A stretch of DNA of 40,294 bases from Candidatus Hadarchaeales archaeon (GTDB lineage: Archaea; Hadarchaeota; Hadarchaeia; Hadarchaeales; Hadarchaeaceae): positions 1 to 40,294 of the forward strand of contig JAVZGN010000007.1 in the NCBI GenBank assembly GCA_038872135.1, read 5' to 3'. The notes below the pieces were generated by a model, which made no database searches, was not told the DNA's origin, and saw only the letters and a program-made list of their open reading frames with translations. The position numbers were made by a program, and so were the translations under genes. How positions within the stretch are numbered: the stretch's first letter is position 1; the number at the start of each line of letters is the position of its first letter. Shown one piece after another: positions 37,657 through 40,294 of this stretch.

Positions 37657-38906
37657 ACCTTATGGTTGAAAAATCTGAGCTGTCTGATTCTCTCGTGGCT
37701 TTCCCTTCAAAGTTTTTTACTCAGATTGCTTGCGCAGCCGCCATCGTCTCTGGGAAGAAAAATGTGATAAAAGACCCGCTGGCTTCTAAGGAAACCTTCC
37801 TCATGCTCAAAATTGCGGAGGGTCTGGGTGGGGAGGCGAGGAGGGGCGGTGGGAAGTGGGTTATCTTTTCTCCCCAGGAAATTCGGCCGGCAAGCGGCAG
37901 CGTAAATGTGAAAAATTCTGGGTCTGCTGCTGCGCTTCTCGCCGGTCTTCTCTCGGCAGCAAAAAATCCCATTTTGCTTACCGGAGGGCAGAGCCTGTGC
38001 GCCCGCCCAATGGCTCCGCTGCTGAAATCTCTCCAGGCGCTGGGAGTGGATATCCATTCGGTGAAAGAGAGCGACGCCCCTCCTTTCATAATCTTCAACA
38101 GTGCCCCCGCCGGTGGGGTGGTTAAACTTTCGAGGTGGGAGTCGAGATATTTTGGGGCTCTGGCGCTGGTTTCTCCGCTGACTTCCAAGGGTGCGAAAAT
38201 TTACGTTCCATCTAGTGCCAGCCTGCTGAAACCGACCTTGAATTTTATTAAAGCTGCCGGCATAAAACCGAGGAAATTTAGGGGCGGAGTGGAAATTCCC
38301 CCAAGAGACTACCGGCCATTCACCTATGAGGTCCCTCAAGACATTTCTTTCACGGCGCCTTTTTTTATCTCCCAGGTGCTCAGCGGAAAAGAGGTCAAAA
38401 TAAAGGGAAAGATCCAATTGCCGAGAGATCACATCTTCCTCTCGCTGCTCAAAAAATTTGGAATTGGGTGGGAGCTGAAAAAATATGGGGTGAGGATATG
38501 GAGAGAGAGACTAAGAGGAGCAAAAGTGGACATTTCAGAGGTTCCGGAGCTTTTCCCAATCTTCGCCGTTGTTGCCTGTTTCGCAAGCGGGAGATCTGAG
38601 ATAACTGGGGCGGAGGAGGCTAGGAAAATGAAATCGGACAGGATATCCACAGTCACCGTTAGCCTGAAGAAGATGGGTGCACAGATCCTGGAGCAGTCGG
38701 ATGGTATCGTTGCCCAGGGGCCATCTGAGCTTCGGGGGGCATCTGTTGAATGCTCCGGTGATCCTGCTGTGGCGGCTGCCCTCATGATTGCCGGGATGCT
38801 GGCAGAGGGAAAAACCTCCATTGAAAATGGGCTAGACGCATTAAACCTGAGCTATCCAAGGGTCATGACAACTCTTCGAGACCTAGGAGCAAAAGCAGGT
38901 TTTTGA
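37653..38906 (+). CDS. EPSP synthase (AroA)-like protein, catalytically degenerate
   Basis: Full-length AroA fold (PSK, NSG, RPM, SDRI, SYP) with most ligand residues substituted. Confidence 0.75.
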   Translation: MNLMVEKSELSDSLVAFPSKFFTQIACAAAIVSGKKNVIKDPLASKETFLMLKIAEGLGGEARRGGGKWVIFSPQEIRPASGSVNVKNSGSAAALLAGLLSAAKNPILLTGGQSLCARPMAPLLKSLQALGVDIHSVKESDAPPFIIFNSAPAGGVVKLSRWESRYFGALALVSPLTSKGAKIYVPSSASLLKPTLNFIKAAGIKPRKFRGGVEIPPRDYRPFTYEVPQDISFTAPFFISQVLSGKEVKIKGKIQLPRDHIFLSLLKKFGIGWELKKYGVRIWRERLRGAKVDISEVPELFPIFAVVACFASGRSEITGAEEARKMKSDRISTVTVSLKKMGAQILEQSDGIVAQGPSELRGASVECSGDPAVAAALMIAGMLAEGKTSIENGLDALNLSYPRVMTTLRDLGAKAGF

Positions 38907-38953
38907 TTTTCGACAATTTTTAATCTCCACCCACCAAAGAATAATTGTCTCCA

Positions 38954-39583
38954 ATGGCAGAAGCTCACCCGGAGAAGTATGAGGTTCCTAGTTGGGAGGA
39001 GATTTACTCCATGTGCATAGAGCTTGCTGAGAAAATAAAATCTGCAAAATTCCGTCCAGATCTCATTGTCGCCATCTCAAGAGGGGGATGGGTCCCGGGC
39101 AGGATATTCTCCGACCTCCTGGAAAATCCAAATATCGCCACGATCAAGGTTGAGCACTATCTTGACATCTACAAGACCCTCCCTAGTCCACAAATCACCC
39201 AGCCCCTCCCGATAGAGGTGAAGGGGAAAAAGATCCTCCTCGTCGACGACATCGCTGATTCTGGGAGGAGTCTGAAGCTAGTGAGGGAGCACCTCTTCCA
39301 GCAGGGGGCCGAGGATGTCAAAATCTGCGCACTTTATTATAAGCCATGGTCAATCGTGGTTCCGGACTTCTACGGGAGAAGCACCGATGCCTGGATCTGG
39401 TTCCCCCACGAGGTCTTTGAAACGATGAAAAAGGTTTACGCCAGGCGAGTTGGAGAGGGAAAAGGGGTGGATGAGATAAAAAATGAGTTTTTGAGGATAG
39501 GGCTGAAGAAGGAGCTGGTCAAAAAATTCTTCGATTGGATCGGGGATTCAGGACCTTCTCCTTCTGCCTCAGGAAAAAATTGA
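38954..39583 (+). CDS. Purine phosphoribosyltransferase (type I PRTase)
   Basis: AISRGG, ILLVDDIADSGRSL, PDFY and WIWFPHE. Confidence 0.9.
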   Translation: MAEAHPEKYEVPSWEEIYSMCIELAEKIKSAKFRPDLIVAISRGGWVPGRIFSDLLENPNIATIKVEHYLDIYKTLPSPQITQPLPIEVKGKKILLVDDIADSGRSLKLVREHLFQQGAEDVKICALYYKPWSIVVPDFYGRSTDAWIWFPHEVFETMKKVYARRVGEGKGVDEIKNEFLRIGLKKELVKKFFDWIGDSGPSPSASGKN

Positions 39584-39944
39584 CGAAGCCCTCGATGTCG
39601 TGGACATCCTTCTTCAAAATCTTCCTCAGCTTCTTCCACACTTCAACATCTGGTTTTACGCCCAATCGCTCCAGATGTCTAGAATAGAATTTCAGGAGCT
39701 CTTCGCCCCTCCTGTCGAAATCTAGGAGGAGGACAATCTCCTTTAACCCCGCCAGCTCCTCAACAGCATTCAGGAGAGAACCGCCAAAGGAAATTTTTAA
39801 AACATTTTCCTCAAATCCAAGCCTCCTCATGGCCGCCGCATCCTTCTTCCCCTCCACCAGAAGTTTTGCCCCACCAGCTACCTTTTCCTTCAGCTCGGCG
39901 AGGATTTCGTCTATTTTTTCTACTGTTTCCGCATCCAGCGGCAA
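39519..39944 (-). CDS. Small Toprim-domain protein
   Basis: LVEGKKD and LLDFDRRGE. Confidence 0.88.
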   Translation of the reverse strand: MPLDAETVEKIDEILAELKEKVAGGAKLLVEGKKDAAAMRRLGFEENVLKISFGGSLLNAVEELAGLKEIVLLLDFDRRGEELLKFYSRHLERLGVKPDVEVWKKLRKILKKDVHDIEGFVNFFLRQKEKVLNPRSNRRIF

Positions 39945-39948
39945 GGTG

Positions 39949-40113
39949 TCACCGGGGACTTTCTACCCAAAATCCTTTCCTGACGCAGTTGGAGCAGACT
40001 GAGACATCCGGGATGAAGCATCTCCGGCAGGCGCTGTTCCCGCAGATTCTGCATCTGAATGTTTCTACATTGATTCTTCCGCAGATGTCGCAGGTTCCAG
40101 CTGTTCTGCCCAT
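39949..40113 (-). CDS. Small Cys-rich zinc-finger protein
   Basis: MGRTAGTCDICG...CRICG..ACRRC...VCSNC has four CxxC pairs. The frame is open to GTG 40191, so the start is uncertain. Confidence 0.7.
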   Translation of the reverse strand: MGRTAGTCDICGRINVETFRCRICGNSACRRCFIPDVSVCSNCVRKGFWVESPR

Positions 40114-40294
40114 GTGTTTCAGAGACTCTCTTTTCTCAAGAATAAGAGGGTTTTGGTTGGAAAAATCTCCGCTTCTTCTAGACTTTTGCACTTTTGACTA
40201 GCACCTCCTTATTCAACACCTCTCTGAAAATCTCTGGCTGTCTCCGCAACGTGCGCGTGACCCAGCGCCAGCCCTTTCTCGCGGCGAGCCGCAT

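Noticed and set aside
37707-38821. Long antisense ORFs over the AroA-like gene, and similar ones over hppA, eif2g and lhr
   Set aside because: Antisense shadows of well-supported genes, with no motifs of their own.
40179-40294. 3' end of a - strand gene entering from the right edge
   Set aside because: Two frames are open and neither is recognisable, so no product can be supported.

Overview
Archaeal chromosomal segment, shown by class I LysRS, aIF2-gamma, rpS6e, aEF-1beta, proteasome beta and Dph6. The gene content is Euryarchaeota-like, possibly Hadarchaeota-like, but that lineage call is inference only. It opens with an AT-rich surface-glycan locus (1-5.6 kb: carbamoyltransferase, flippase, GT4, methyltransferase). 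Housekeeping genes follow (PLD-like protein, short XPF, aminotransferase, lysS, transglutaminase, proteasome beta, amidohydrolase, CBS protein, glyS, and rps6e-eif2g-PIN-hppA). Next come an accessory patch (DUF4143 ATPase, IS remnant, Lhr helicase, AbiE toxin-antitoxin) and a small decaying island with a duplicated ~90-bp element and a frameshifted RelE toxin, then mixed metabolic genes. Main observations: (1) three adjacent intact genes (FdrA-like, ThiI-like, AroA-like) have each lost their catalytic motifs; (2) aIF2-gamma apparently has no canonical start codon and may begin at ACG; (3) the proteasome beta lacks Thr1; (4) a membrane pyrophosphatase sits where Methanothermobacter has soluble ppa. 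No rRNA, tRNA or CRISPR array was recognised.
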